Origin: Trypethelium eluteriae
Lineage: Eukaryota
Direction: 5' to 3'
Assembly (NCBI GenBank): GCA_051942245.1
Contig: JAVECL010000218.1
Location: 1-35,089 of the forward strand
DNA length: 35,089 bases
The notes under the pieces were generated by a model. It saw nothing but the letters and a program-made list of their open reading frames with translations. It had not been told where the DNA came from and did no database searches. Made by a program: the position numbers and the translations under genes. How positions within the stretch are numbered: position 1 is the stretch's first letter; the number at the start of each line of letters is the position of its first letter. Positions 18,213 through 31,424 of the stretch are shown here, in pieces.

Positions 18213-20599
18213 TTAGTCTCCCATCGGCATTCCGTCTACTTCGTCGCTCAGTGCTCGCCAATTATCTGCTTGCAGTTCTGTGTATTTCACCCGCTCCTGA
18301 CTCCAGTCCTGATGCAAGCGACTGACATGGTACTGCGAATTTTGAAAATACACCAGCTCATCACGAATGCATTCCTTGATGAACACTCCTCGAGCGTGCT
18401 GCTGGACAATCGATTCTTTATCCTGCAATTGCGCTTGTCAGTACGGCAATCGCTTTGCACAGAGTTTGTCCAAGACCAACCTTGATGATTGCCTCCTCCA
18501 CCTTCTCCGCTTCCCCAGCTTTCTGGGACTGCTCCGGCTTGGCTCGAATGCCGGATAGCTTGTTCTCATTCGCTTGGATCCTCCTCTCCAGCTGCGGAAT
18601 ATTATCTCTCGCATAACGGTCTCGGCGATCAAACAGATCCCGCATGCTCACAAGAGTATCTCGCTGTGCTTTCATATCTTCCAAGACACCTTCATCCCAT
18701 GCTTTCGCCTCATCTTCTAGCAAAATCTGACTGCTCGAAAGGTGCTTAGCCGTCGCGTTCAGACCCTCGTTCAAGAGAGGCACATCATTCTTGTCAATCG
18801 CATACGTGTCTGCAGATGCCTCCGTGAGTGTCTGCAAGGCCACTGAGAGCCGCAAGTATTCAGCAGCAATGCCTTCATTCCGTTTCGCGAGTCGCTCCAC
18901 CAGGCTGCACAGATTGATGTACACTTCAGCTGAGCGGCGGACACCCGATCGAACAGTGTCGAATGTGTCTTGCAGTGTCGCTGGCAAGGAATCTTCAAGA
19001 CTAGGTGGTAGTGCCTTGCCTAAAAATTCTTCTTGCACGGATATCGTCGCCTGCTTTCGCCATACAGCTAACTCCTTTGCAGTATTAGTTAGTTACCTGA
19101 GTGAGAATTAAAGGGAAGCAGACTTCTACCGTGGGGACCGTCAGAAACATGACGACCAATTGTTCCTGGCTGAGAACCGGATGTCGTACCAGAGCGTTGG
19201 CAAAACGTGCAAGGCCTCGCCTTCGCTTCTCCAGAAACGTGTTATCGGCTGCAATATGATTGCCGTTGACTGAAAGCAGATTAGCATAAGATTTTATCAC
19301 GACTCGTCCATACGCACTGGCTACTCGCTTTGGCGGTAACAATGGCAGCTGCCTGAACGGATATCTCTTGTGGAGGCAGTCAAGTAACCACACAAAGTCG
19401 CTGTACCTCCGGATAACCTTACTGTTCCTCCGCACACTTGCGACCTGATAATTTCGATGCTGGAAAAGGAACGTGCCCTCTTTTTCTGGAAGAGCAGTAA
19501 TAGTAATGACTTCTTCGGCACCGTGGCTTGTTCCTCTGTGACCACCAATGGGTCTTCGAAGCACACCACCATCGTTTGTTTGAGCGTCTCCTCCCGTCTG
19601 TGCTCCGCCGAAGCCCTCGTTTTCCAGGCCAGATCCAGCGAAGCCAGTATCTGAGCCAGCCCAGCCACCTCCTTGCCCTCCAGTTGTCGACTGGTCAACC
19701 ATTGTACTCGAGCCAATTGTACTGGAACTGGGACCAGTGTCGCTCATGATAGAGTTTGTGGTGAAAGTGCTGGTGGTCCTGTGTGGCTCGGGATTGGAAG
19801 TGCCATTCGCTTGAGAATTGGAGCCATCCATATCGGAATGGCCATGGCCTTTGTGCATCGCTGGGCTGCCCCAAGGGTCTGCTTCTGGAATCCCGAAGGA
19901 TTGTTTGCGCATGTTGCGTGAGGAAGGTTGTGTAGTTCCTGAAGATGGTCGCTTAGGTTGCGGCGTCGAGGGCGGTCTATCTTCCTGAGTTGACTGCGAT
20001 CGCGAGGGTTTTGCAGACTCAGGATCCTCGAGATTTGATAGTTTTGGTTGAGGCAGATCTGCGGAAATTCAAAGTGAGCCACTGGAATCAAAATACGAGT
20101 AGATGCAAGATTGGGACCCACTCCTCCGTCGCTCGTCCACACCGTCAAGACTTATTTCTTCTCCTTCTTGAGCCAATCCCACCAAAGCGACTAGGACATT
20201 GAACTCGCCACGCCCAAGTCCCGTCGTTGATTCTTGCCCAGCAGGAACAACCAGGCTTAGTGTCCTCTGCTGCTCTTCAGTAGATATGCCACTGTTTTGC
20301 AGCAGTCGCCTGACACCCCTTAAACCAACAACCCCAGCAACTTTATCGCCAGAGTCCAGTAGAGTATCGTAGGCGTCAATGTAGCTTTCTGGTACGTCCG
20401 TTGCAGGCAGGAGTGTCTTCACAAGATCCCCTCTCGCCGGCTTCTTCGGAGTAGGAAAGTTCCAGGGCGACTCGTTCGTCTCTCCGTCGTCGGCAAAGAG
20501 CCCAGAGCCCAACTTGGCCGCAGGCGCCGTTCCGTCGTCGAAGAGAGAATGCTTAGATTGGGAAGGTGCGCTGGTAGGCTCGTCTCCAAATAGCGACAT
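18213..20599 (-). CDS. MVP1: Sorting nexin Mvp1 (PX-BAR), multi-exon
   Basis: N-terminus MSLFGDEP. PX domain PEKEGTFLFQHRNY...VIRRYSDFVWLLDCLHKRYPFRQLPLLPPKR...FLEKRRRGLARFANALVRHP. Helical BAR region and C-terminus QDWSQERVKYTELQADNW. The ORF breaks (~20120, 19325, 19130, 18480) coincide with apparent short introns. Confidence 0.93.
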
Positions 20600-21193
20600 C
20601 ACGAGGGTGGACGAGTTGGCAAATCAGACGGCTTTGTCGCCGAAGTTTTACAGACGGAGGCGCGAGTGGGACAGAACGTGGGATTGATGTAATCGAGCTT
20701 GTGTGCCAAGCTGAGAACAGCATAGAGGAGCTCGGGCCTATGCTCACTACCTTACCAACAGCCACATCCGTCTTCCAAGGCTGGAGGCTGGTCTGTGGAC
20801 AGGGATGCCGGTGTCAAGCTGCGTACTGTACCGCAATGATGCAAATGCTCGTCATTTGAGGTGCCGCGATTTCATCAAGAACGCATGTTACACGACAAGT
20901 ACATGAAAATGCGCAGTACGCATTGCGGTTCGTCTTATCTACAGACTATGTCATAACCTTCCACAGATGCTATATCGCTCCAAATGCTACCCTGAAGGCG
21001 GAGAAATTCGACTCCACTTCCATCTCTTTGACTCCATTACCAACGCCTCGCTATGCTCTGAATTTCGCAAAGAACGCACAGTATACATGCCCATCTGTAA
21101 GGCCTGGCTAACCCGAACGTTCGATTCGCCATGTCTTCCGACCATTCGTAGACAACAAAATGACCCTCAACTCATGGTGATACCGCGAGAAAC

Positions 21194-23472
21194 CTAGGAA
21201 TGACCATTGGTGGCACCCTGGGACGCGAAATCATCAGGACTGTCACGTCTCACGGGCGCAGCAGAAATCCTGGTGCCATCCCCGGGCCGACCTCTGAGCA
21301 CGTCATTCTCTGCAGCTGTATACAGAGCGAGAGGAGACATGCCCACTGGTGAGGCCGCCGGGCTGGTCGAGCTTGCTCCTGGCTGCATGGGCGATGAAAG
21401 ACCCCCTCGACTCATTTGCATATCTTGACCTGCGTCCGATGATGTCCTCGGAGGGAGAGTAGAGTTAGGCTTACTGATGGAGTCATTTAGTGGCAAAGAG
21501 CCTGGAGACCAGGTCCTTCCACGAGGCTGCGCTGGAATGATGGTGACTGGAAGCTCGATATCTGCTTGACGCCTACCGCTCTTGTCACGCCATCTTTCTG
21601 TGCTGTCGGCTGCTAGAGAGGCAAGTCTCGACATCACATCCCATTTTGATGCGTTGCTGTTTGTCGGGACTTGTGTAGGGCCAGAGTTGCTATTCGCCAT
21701 CGCCTGACGAACCTCTAGCGGCGGTGTGTCCCTTCTTCGCTTGAATGAGTTTGCGATTGCTTGCCAGCGCATGCTAGCACCACGGCGTATTGCAGCAGCG
21801 TCTGTCCCTCTACTGCTATATTCCTCTCCAGGCTGGTCTTTCTCAGCAGCTTTCCCAATTGCGAATGCACCGCCGTTTTTCTCAGTCTCCGCGGGCCTAG
21901 GGTTCTTAGGTCGGGCAGAAGGTGCAGGCGAATCGACAGTATGGTACTGGACTGCATACACAGTGCTGATTGCACTTGTGGCATCCGTTGAGATAGCAGG
22001 CGAGGCTATTGCAGTTGGCGGTCTGACATCGTCCGGGTTACCATGCCTTGGCATGACCAATGGTCGATTCGACGAATTGCTCTGCGGATGCTCAGGCCCA
22101 TCTGATTGTTGCCGTCGCAGATGCAATCGAGTTCCAGCAATACGTTGAGCAATCCTGGTCAACCCGTGGCCTCTTGTGCCAGAGGTATAAGGTTTTGATG
22201 CTTTCGAGTCTTGCCCAGAAGGTTCATCGCCGCCGAAATCGTGTCCTTGACCTGGCCATTTGACTTCAGACGATGGAGTCACGTCAAGCATTTCGTCACC
22301 ATCAAAAATCTCCCTTCCCAGTATTCCGTCTTTCTTTTCCTCGCGTTCGAGTGATTCAATGCGTTCGACCCATTCCCAAACCAGTACACTAGCAGCTGCG
22401 GCTCCTACCCAGCGGAAGTAGTCGCCCCATCCATCAACGTCTGGTTGAGCTATATCTGTCACGAAGAAAACCACCGGAGTGAGTATGGCAAGCAACGACA
22501 GGAAGGCAACCAAAGAAATATTCTTCATCTTAGGATGATACCAAGCATATCTACGCTTAGTAGCAACGTAGAAGAGTACCCACGCGCCATAGAGAAGTTC
22601 CAATGCCAGCTGAAAGAGATAACTTAAAGCCGGAATAGCGTTGACGAATTCCCGGGGCTTGTCCGTCGAATCGACTAAGAAGCTATTGAGACAGCTGAAT
22701 ACGGTATCGAAGACAATGAGTGCGAATCCAATCCATTTGATGAGCACCTTTTCCTTATGCCGTGGGAATAAGCGGATTAACGTCTGAACTTGGGCAAGCC
22801 ATAAGAAGATGTCCGAAATGACCCGAATGATCCTAATCTCCATCCCTCCGACTACTTCATTTCGCATTGCTGCTGCGTTCATGAACCCTGTGTTGTACTG
22901 TCTTTCTGCGACTCTGAAGGTATCCACCGTAGCTATTATTAGGGATACGGCGACCGTGAGGGCAGCAACCTTTTGCAACCATGGCCTGGATCCCATTCCG
23001 ACTATGGATGCATTTCTTGACGATGCTCCTGCAATAATGCCTCTGCCACCCAACAGTCTGCCTCCACTGGTTGGCGCGCCAATGAAGAACGTTCGCGGTG
23101 TTATTACGAGCATGATGACCAGCATCCAGCTGATTACAGTCGCCGCCGCGATGGCGTAGACTTGCGGGGTGGTTGAGGCATAGAAAGGTTCATGAGAGTT
23201 CGTGAAATTCGCTGAATCTAGGGAGTTGACGTTCCAGGCAAAGCTTCCCGTACATTCTGGCACGAATACTATGTTCGTCGTCAAAGTAGAGGTCGTCGTG
23301 GCTTCATCAATAATGTTATGCGCTTGAAGAGTGAAAGGGGTGCATTGCTATAAGCAGTCATTAGTTGTTGGTCTTGCGTTGATTTTTGTCCGATATAAAA
23401 CCATACGTGAATATAAGGAGTGGTCGTCGAGGTCTTGGTATTCCATAGTTGTCGCTTGTCAATGGTGGACAT
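21194..23472 (-). CDS. palH: pH-sensing 7-TM protein PalH/Rim21; exons 23472-23407 and 23347-21194
   Basis: Family motifs PFYASTTPQVY, RPWLQKVAALTVA, FLWLAQVQTLIRLFPRHKEK and WEWVERIE..E...KKDGILGRE, followed by a long disordered tail. Intron 23406-23348 (GTATGG..TAG) is in phase 0. Confidence 0.93.
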
Positions 23473-24824
23473 GCCTTCCTCCTTATCCGATTGCGATGGA
23501 GTTCGGTTCGGTTTTGAGGCTTTTAATTTCGCGAAGAAGGTGATGTGCAGATCATCGCCGCGACTGCAGTCGAACAGCACCGCAGTGAAGTCAATCCAGT
23601 TGACGCTTCTCCACGAGACCAAGGGAGTATGTCGACCCGGGTAAAGTTAGTCCTACGCTGTTTGGTGTGGCGGCAATAATGATGAGTGAGAGCATGGACG
23701 TCCGGCTGAATCGTTTTGGGTCTCGGAGTCGTATCCCTCGGGATGGACGTGATTGGTTGCTTCGACCTCCGCCGCTTGTTTCTCAACTTCACTTGGAGCT
23801 GGAACAAAACGTATAACAACACTTGTCTCATGAACGAAGATATCTGATGGGTAACCTTGTATACATGAACCTATAGTCTGATGAATCGAGAGTCACGCCT
23901 TCGAGTGGCTCCGCGTTTTCCATTCTAGACACTGATACCCTCGAGAATGCAACAGACTCAGGAACGCACTACTAGAAAGGTGGAAGTAGCAGTACACCTG
24001 GGTCATTAGAGCAGGTCTTTAGGTCTCCTCTTTCGATATATCTACATGCACTTCTGACCGGGTCACCTTTCCCCTTTGTAAGATGAGATCCTTCCAGTAC
24101 TTGTAAAAAAATGTCACAAACATAATTGGCGCTGGATTGATTGCACGCAATGTGCAGGATAATGTAAAGCATTTGCTCATTTCAAGTCGTTTGCTATACA
24201 CATTCATCTCATTAAAGACCACCCGTGAGATCAAAGCTCCATCCAAGACGTCCCGGCCTTCGGTCCACCCAAAATTGCAGACAATCAAAAGTCACGGTGG
24301 TAAGAACCGAGAAAGTGACATGAGGAATAGAAACTAGGAGAAAAGAGCACAAGATCGTATCAAGTAAATGTATGAAAGTAGAGCTGGACCAATCCAAACC
24401 CTATATGTACGTGGTCCTCGGCTTATGGAAGGAGGAATCCTGTACGGCCTCAAGCAAGCTTTTGCAGAAGCCAAGCGTGATGTCAAGCCTTTTCAAGAAG
24501 GCCAATCCTCGTGAAAGGAAAAGGTAGTGTAAAAGACTTTGGAAAGCTAAGAATTGAATTTTCCCACCGACCCGCACTGCAAGATTGAACGCCGATTAAG
24601 CGGAATTGTCCACATTTACTGTAGTTCCGATTTTTATCTCTTCATGACTGCTGAAGCACATGAAGCACGTCAATATTCATGTCTTGAATCTGAGTGACAT
24701 GTACACATCGGATTGGTAGGTGATGTATCATCAATTCATCAATAGTGAGGGCGAAGGCGCAGGTCCAAGTCCTTTGGGAATTCATAGAAATCGTGAAGCT
24801 GATCACCAAAGATACTTGGTCTAT

Positions 24825-27800
24825 TTACGCGGCGATCGGCGTGGATACTGACGCTTCGATGCGCTGGTCCATATGCCTCGATTGGAATTCGAGAGAGCGA
24901 GCCATGACATGGGCGACTTTAGGTTCAATGTTAGCGTAAGGACGAAACAGTCATGTCGATTTCACGGTAAAAAAGCTTACCAGGCCATACGGGATGTCTT
25001 TCTACCATGACTGCAGTGACTGCTAAAATCTTGCTACCATATCCCCCCCTGAGTACACTCGGCATACCATTAAGTGGATTTATTGGTGCGCTTGGATCAG
25101 CCATCTCGTATGCCTTTGGCGGTATGACTTTAGCTTCGACGCTGTCAAGCCAGGCCCTAATCTTGCTCATAAGATTGCAGTCTTCATCATCTAGAAGCAT
25201 GATTGCCGGCACTTCTGTGAAGTTGATGTTGTCCTGACCAAGAACGCCCAAATACCGCCCTACCCGCTCTTGAACTGTAGCAACCCACTCAGCTAGAATT
25301 TGTGCACAGTCAAAAGTGCACATGGCCGATTGAATCGGAAGCTCGCGAGAGGTTAGGTCGGCAAAGGAGATGCCCATCCCATCTGCCATTGTGAGAGAGT
25401 CTGCCGCATACCATGCTGCTTTGCGCAGGTGCCGTTCCCGTTTCGAAGATTGTCCAGATTGCTGCGGCGGAGCTGCAATATGAGGGTTGGCAGGAGTTGG
25501 AGTGGTGAGACTCGAGGTGCTGTTGTTGTTCGCATTTGGCGAGTTGCTAGGTGTATTGCTCGACGCATTCTGATCCGTTGGCATTGAGGGCGAGTATTCT
25601 GCATGTTGGACAAAGTCATGCCCTCGCGCCAACTCCTCAGACATCTGTTCGAAGTCTCGGGCAAAAAATGCTTCTTTAGATCGACCCATGCTGACGTGCA
25701 ATCGCACAAAAGCAAGATCTAAGAGTGGAATACTGTCGGCTGAAAGAGTACCATGTCGGTTTGGTCGGGTTATGGCGCGATAAGGATTAGCGGCCCAAGC
25801 GGCTTGCCAAGCCTTCAGGGCAGGTTCGATGTGCGCAAGCATCGAATCAGTCTCTTCTGTCGTCCACTGCCGACCGTGATGTCGTGACCTTGTTTCCCAG
25901 ATGTAATTGTGCAGCGCGTTGATCAAGACTAGACAGCCGAACGTACTCGGCTTTAAATCACTCTGGGGTAATTCCTCTAAAGGCACGCTGGATCCTACTC
26001 GCTGGCTGTACGGCGAGGACATATACGAATCATTTGAAGATCGCTGGCTGGCTGTAAGTAGAGTGCTCAGCGCGCTTGCGAACGATATCGAATTTTGATG
26101 TGCAGTAAGACCGCCCAGGTCGGCCCACGCTTGCGCCGTATCTGCCGCCCATAAATCTTCTTCACAAGGAAGATCCAACATGATCTCGGAGTTCATGATA
26201 GCAGGCGTCGAATTGTAAGCGATGACTAGGAGACTGGACAAGTTGAATAGCGCGAAGAGCGTCCGTTTTCTTTCCTCTTTTATTTTCCAGGCCGACCACT
26301 GAGCATTCAAATCAAGCATACCAGCTTGTTGCTGGTCATTTAGATGTCCGCTATCACCCATATCCACATCTTCGGATCCATGGCGCTGCGATGGCATGTT
26401 GACATCTTCGTCCGTGGCCGGAAGCGGCACATTGGCCGCTTTCGCGAGGCTGACAAGGGCAGCACAGTGAGTGCTTGCAATATCTGCAGCAACCTTGTCG
26501 CCGGCATTGTGGCCGTATATAATGTTGAGCATCATGGCTTGGACTAGCCACAAGGGGGTATGGTGGCCGGAGCTTTCGGTAGCAACGTGCGATCCGTTCC
26601 CGTTAGCTGCAGCTGAGACGTCGATTCGTCGTCGTTCCTCGAGGTAACTTGAAATCAATCTCTTTGCGGATTCGAAGAGTTCTTTCGATGCCTTTTGATC
26701 GAACTCATACAGGGCCCCGATGGCCGCCATTGCAAGAATGAGGCAACCGCCTCCACCAACGATACCCATTTGACTGATTCCGCCGTGGACGCTTGTCGCT
26801 CTCAAACTGGTCGTGAACTCGGCGCTATCGAATGAAAGTGTCGGTATATGCAAAAAAGGAAAATGAGGGTGGAAATAGGATATGTACGCGCTTACGAAGC
26901 GCTGAAGATCACACGTACTGGGAAAATTAGAACTGCCAGTACCTTGCGAGCGAGGACCAAACCCGGGAGACAGAGGCGAACTGACTGCAGGCTGGGAATA
27001 CTTGCGAGGACCGAAGCCGGTATGCTGGGATAAGCTAGCCAGAAGTGCCTGACGCGTAGCTTCAGTGATGGAATCAGTAGATACTGATGTAACCGAGCTG
27101 TGACGCGCGCTACCGTTGATCGAAGATGAGCATCCGCTGGGACTTTCTGAGCTAAAGTTTGATGGAGCGTTGAAGAAGTGAGTCTGTACATTTGGTGTGA
27201 TAGGATTGGCTTCATTCAAGAAATTTTGGTGAGATTGAGGAAAGTACGCCTCCCCTGCATTAGCTCCCTGAAGTGACTTAGGTGAAAGAGGTCCAGACGT
27301 AGGGACGAATCCTCCTAAAGCGGCGCCTATACTGTCCATGGAGAATTGCGCTGGGGCCAAGACATTTGGAGGTATTGTCCCGTTCGACCATAGAGGACCA
27401 CTAGTATTTATGGTTTTGTTCGAACCATCCATCATTATTTCACTGAATCCACTTTGGCTTGCTGTACTTATTACCGATGGAGGTGATGGCTCGTCTACTG
27501 CGTGCTCGTTGGCATTGGCGAAGGTCATTTGGGCGTCAAACCCTCGCATCCACTCGAAATTATCCTCATCGTCGATTGCTGGTACTCCTTGGGAAAATTG
27601 AGGGAATTGATCTGCGGGCGATATGGGAGTGCCTAAAGCATCCCCAAAGTGGAGTTGCGCAGGATTGATGGTGGAGGCTGATCCCGGACTGAACATCTGG
27701 TCCATGTCGAAAGCACCCATACCACCAAAGGGTGGCGCTGTCCGAAGAGATCCACTAATGTCATTACCTATGGCATTAGTATCTAGACGGGGTAAATTCG

Positions 27801-28568
27801 GAAAATTTGGGTGGTGACTGATTGTACTGGACATCCCCCGGTAATCGAAGCCTCCAGGGCCGGGAAGACCGCCTAGACTTGGGTGGTGCGCGTGTCCGCC
27901 TGGGAAGCCTGGATTTCTCGCAAAAGAAGGATTAGCACCAGCCAGCAAGCCAATGCCCGCTCCCTCAATGTGACTAATCGTAGCAGCCCTTGGTCTCATG
28001 CCTGCTGTGCCAACACCGCCGGAGCCTCCAACGGCGCTATTTGCAATTGAGTTTTTACGAACACGGCCAGCGCCATTTGCGGGCATGCCGCTCGTACTCT
28101 CCCTCCTTCCGCTCCTTGGTCTAGAAGAAGCTGTCGTTGTCATGTGAAGCTTTTGCTGGTGCCGAAGAAGCAGATCGCGGCGAGCAAAGCATCGTGTGCA
28201 TTCTGGGCACTCAAATGGCTTCTCCTTTGTATGAGATCGCTCATGCCTCTTCAAATGTTCTAGCCTTGCGAAGGATCTACCACATGTACCGCAAACATGT
28301 GGGCGTGGTTTATCGGTCTTCGGGGGAGGAAAGTTCGCTGAGGGAGTTTGGGCAACAGTTGGTTTTGCATTGGTTGGACGTCCTAATAATCTCATTGATA
28401 AGCAATTGGCAACCTGTCGTGTCTACAGATCATGCAACATGCAACATGTTGTCTTCCCCAGGACATACCATTAGCAGACTCGGGTCGACCGGCCCCAGCG
28501 CCAGCACTATCATTGGTGTCTGTAGGACTTAGCTCAGCCGACTGAGTGTTCGGTGTATCAGATAGCAT
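24825..28568 (-). CDS. amdX: C2H2 zinc-finger transcription factor with fungal TF middle domain, AmdX/Adr1-like; exons 28568-28469, 28382-24981, 24916-24825
   Basis: Two fingers, PHVCGTCGRSFARLEHLKRHERSHTKEKPFECPECTRCFARRDLLLRHQQKLH (Adr1/AmdX type). Fungal_trans-like segment YISYFHPHFPFLHIPT...EERKRTLF...DLPCEEDLW. Introns 28468-28383 and 24980-24917 are canonical. Confidence 0.85.
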
Positions 28569-31401
28569 CTTGTCCTGATATGACAAGTAATCGGAGAACT
28601 AATTAATTCCGAGGAGTTGATTCCAATTCGACCCGAAAGTTGGAGGGATGACGTCCTAGGTTTAAGACGTGCAGTTTGTAGGGAGCCGAGAATAGACCAT
28701 TTACAAATAGCTTGGATATAAAAAACCGTCGAGGAGCTGCCGCAGTCCTTGTGATGCGCAACGGCTTTCGATGGAGTGAGAATGTCTGCCACAACAGAGG
28801 TCACCAGGACAAGCAGACCAAGTATGTGAAACTGCCCGGCACGTCAGCATAAACCTAGAAACGTGATCGAGAGCCAAAGTGTGAGACTTGAACATACAAG
28901 GAAACCAATGGACCTAAAGATCAGATAACAATGGAAGGACAGGCCAAAGCCAATGCCGTATGAATGCTCATATGTACGCAATTGCTTCTAAAGAAGTCAG
29001 ATATCTTACAAGAGCCTCCCAATTGACCAGGATCTGGCCGAGGTTCAGAATTGCACGATGCTGGTCGAACAATCTCCTCGAAGCGAGTCGACTTCAAGCC
29101 GACTAGTAAGGTTTGGGTAGGCCCTGGGCTTCTCGTACAGCCGAGTAGCAGCGCAACCGAAAAGGTAATCCGGCAGGAGCGGACGATAACAGTAATTGCT
29201 GAAGAGGCAGTTGCGAATGGCCCAGGGAGTTGAACAATTGAAGGCGAGGAAAAAGTCAGAGGCAGGCTTCAATTCGGAGTCCAGTATCAACGCAGTGGCG
29301 CTCGGTGGGTACCAGTGATTCGCGCGCAGAAGCCCGTGGCCGGAGGTACCTTAAGGTGGGTTGGGTCCACTCTAGCGTGTCTAGCCGTGGACAGACGAGG
29401 CCGAAGCAACAGTCGTTTGGAAGATTGGGTCGGTGGTCGTCCAAGGGAACCTGAATTGCGTCAAAGGACAGCGAGAAAAGGTAACGGAGGCAAGCTCTCC
29501 CTCGGCGAGAAGAACTGGTTGGTTGAGCAAAGGCAACGGCCAGCGGCCAGGGCTTAGAGAAACCTGGAGAGCAGCGGAGCTAGGGTGATTGGCGGGATGA
29601 TGAGGGTCTACGCCGAGTCAGGGAAGATTGGCGGAAGGGTCTGCTGGGGCGTTACGGGAGAAATGGGATTTAGCACCAGCCGGGCCTCTGGCCTCTGGCC
29701 TCTGGGCAAGGGCCCTAGCAGTCAGAGCAGATGGCCGTGACCGTCGAAGCTCGATAGCGGGCTTCCGGCATGACAATGGCTCGGCAGGCCAGCGATCACC
29801 CATCGCTCGACAGTACGGAGGATGGACGGAGCCACGGACCACAGGACCAGACGAATACGTGCAGCTTGTTGTCAATAGGTACGTTGGCTAGAGAGACGCT
29901 TGCTCAAGCAGCTTCAGCATTAGATCATCCGCAGCACGAAAGAAAGGGTAACTTTAACGCCGCGCCTGCAGACGCAGAAGGGCCGCGGATTGGCTGTGTG
30001 GCTTGCTAGTTATGCCCAGGATCCCAGCACTCGACGGCAAAGCGAGAGAGACTTTGTCACCCTGAAGAACTTCGACCAGAGGCTTACCTGGCTCAGCAAA
30101 GATCGGGGTCTGGAAGGCACAAGCGCTGAACGGGCATGTACATCTACATCAACATCGAATTCAATCCTCCATTTTGACTGCCCTGCACCCAAGTCTTTCT
30201 CCTACAAAAGCGCCGCAGCCACCGGGTACGAGTACATGCTGGCCCCGATCTCGATCCTGCAACCTCGTTTCCTCCAGCAGCCGGTCATTGCACTGCTGAC
30301 CGCTAAGCCGGAATCGCTCGCCTACTGCGGCAATAAAGGCAGGCATCTCATATGGACTCATCTATCGATAGGATACTCGGCACACCTGCTTTCTTGCTTT
30401 CGATGGTGCCGAGGACGGGGCCCCAAACGTCTCCTATTGACTAATTACTGGTAGTACGGAGTATTCCACAGTTCCCATGCTCCATGTTCTCGTCTCAACA
30501 CACCTCATCCGGCACGAAGCGTTACTCATCAACTCTCTCGGATGCGAGATCTCGCCCGTCGATGTTTCAAGTGGTGCGTGGCCTAGGGCCAGGCTGTCAG
30601 AAGGATCCAGACTGCTGGTTGCGCGGACCCATATGGATGTTACGATACCCGTTCTAGGGAGAGTGCACACCAGTCGAGCGACACCAGGGGAGTCGGGAAC
30701 CTACCATTTTGATCAGCGAGGCACTGTACCTTCATTTTAAATTGAATTGCCCGCTGCGTTTAGTGAAGGCCGACATATCGAATTTTACGAATGTACGGCC
30801 GATCGCCGAAATTTGCCAAGGGCATCGCAGCCATAGGCGCAGGAAGTCAGGCCCTAACGACCTAGTCTTCTGCATGCAATGCCCGTTCACGCAGGTGACG
30901 GCACGGCCACGACGCTTGCCCGCTGCAACCGCCGTTAGCCTTGCCAATGGTCGTCGGCGGGTTCCAGAAGACGAAGTCGACAATGCAATCTTCGTCATGG
31001 CGAAGATGCGACTTCCTTCCACTTGCCGACCAGCAGTGACAGAGTGGCGCTTGCCGGAGGCCGGACATGGTTGCATGAAAACCTGGGGTAATAGGCGTCG
31101 TGGGGAAGCTTTTCTCACACCAGCTCTGCCGCGGGCCACCACGGCTCGTTCAATGCATGGGCCAGCTTGGGGCTTCCTCCTGGTGCTGGTGCTCTTGGTG
31201 TGCTTCGCTCCAAACAAGTCCCACAGGCACGTCACGCCATGAGGCCAGCGCTCGAGTCGCCAGCGCTCAATGGACCGGCCCTAGCTCGCATGCGCGAGAA
31301 AATCTGGGGGAGGTCATGCGCGTATGCGCGCAGCTCGGCACGCTAAAGCATCTTGTCGTCTTTGACTAGCCCAATCCCAGCATCCCAGTCTCTGCCGTCT
31401 T

Positions 31402-31424
31402 GCTGCTGCTGCTGCTGCTGCTGC
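31402..31424. repeat. (CTG)n microsatellite, about 7 units
   Basis: Direct reading: tgctgctgctgctgctgctgctgc. Confidence 0.85.

Noticed and set aside
24470..24475. Single PacC consensus site GCCAAG about 1 kb upstream of palH
   Set aside because: One hexamer at this distance is expected by chance.
30709..31242. Overlapping sense (177 aa) and antisense (167 aa) ORFs of nearly the same span
   Set aside because: No recognisable motif, and Arg/Ala/Cys-rich composition typical of chance ORFs in GC-rich DNA. It cannot be supported without expression data.
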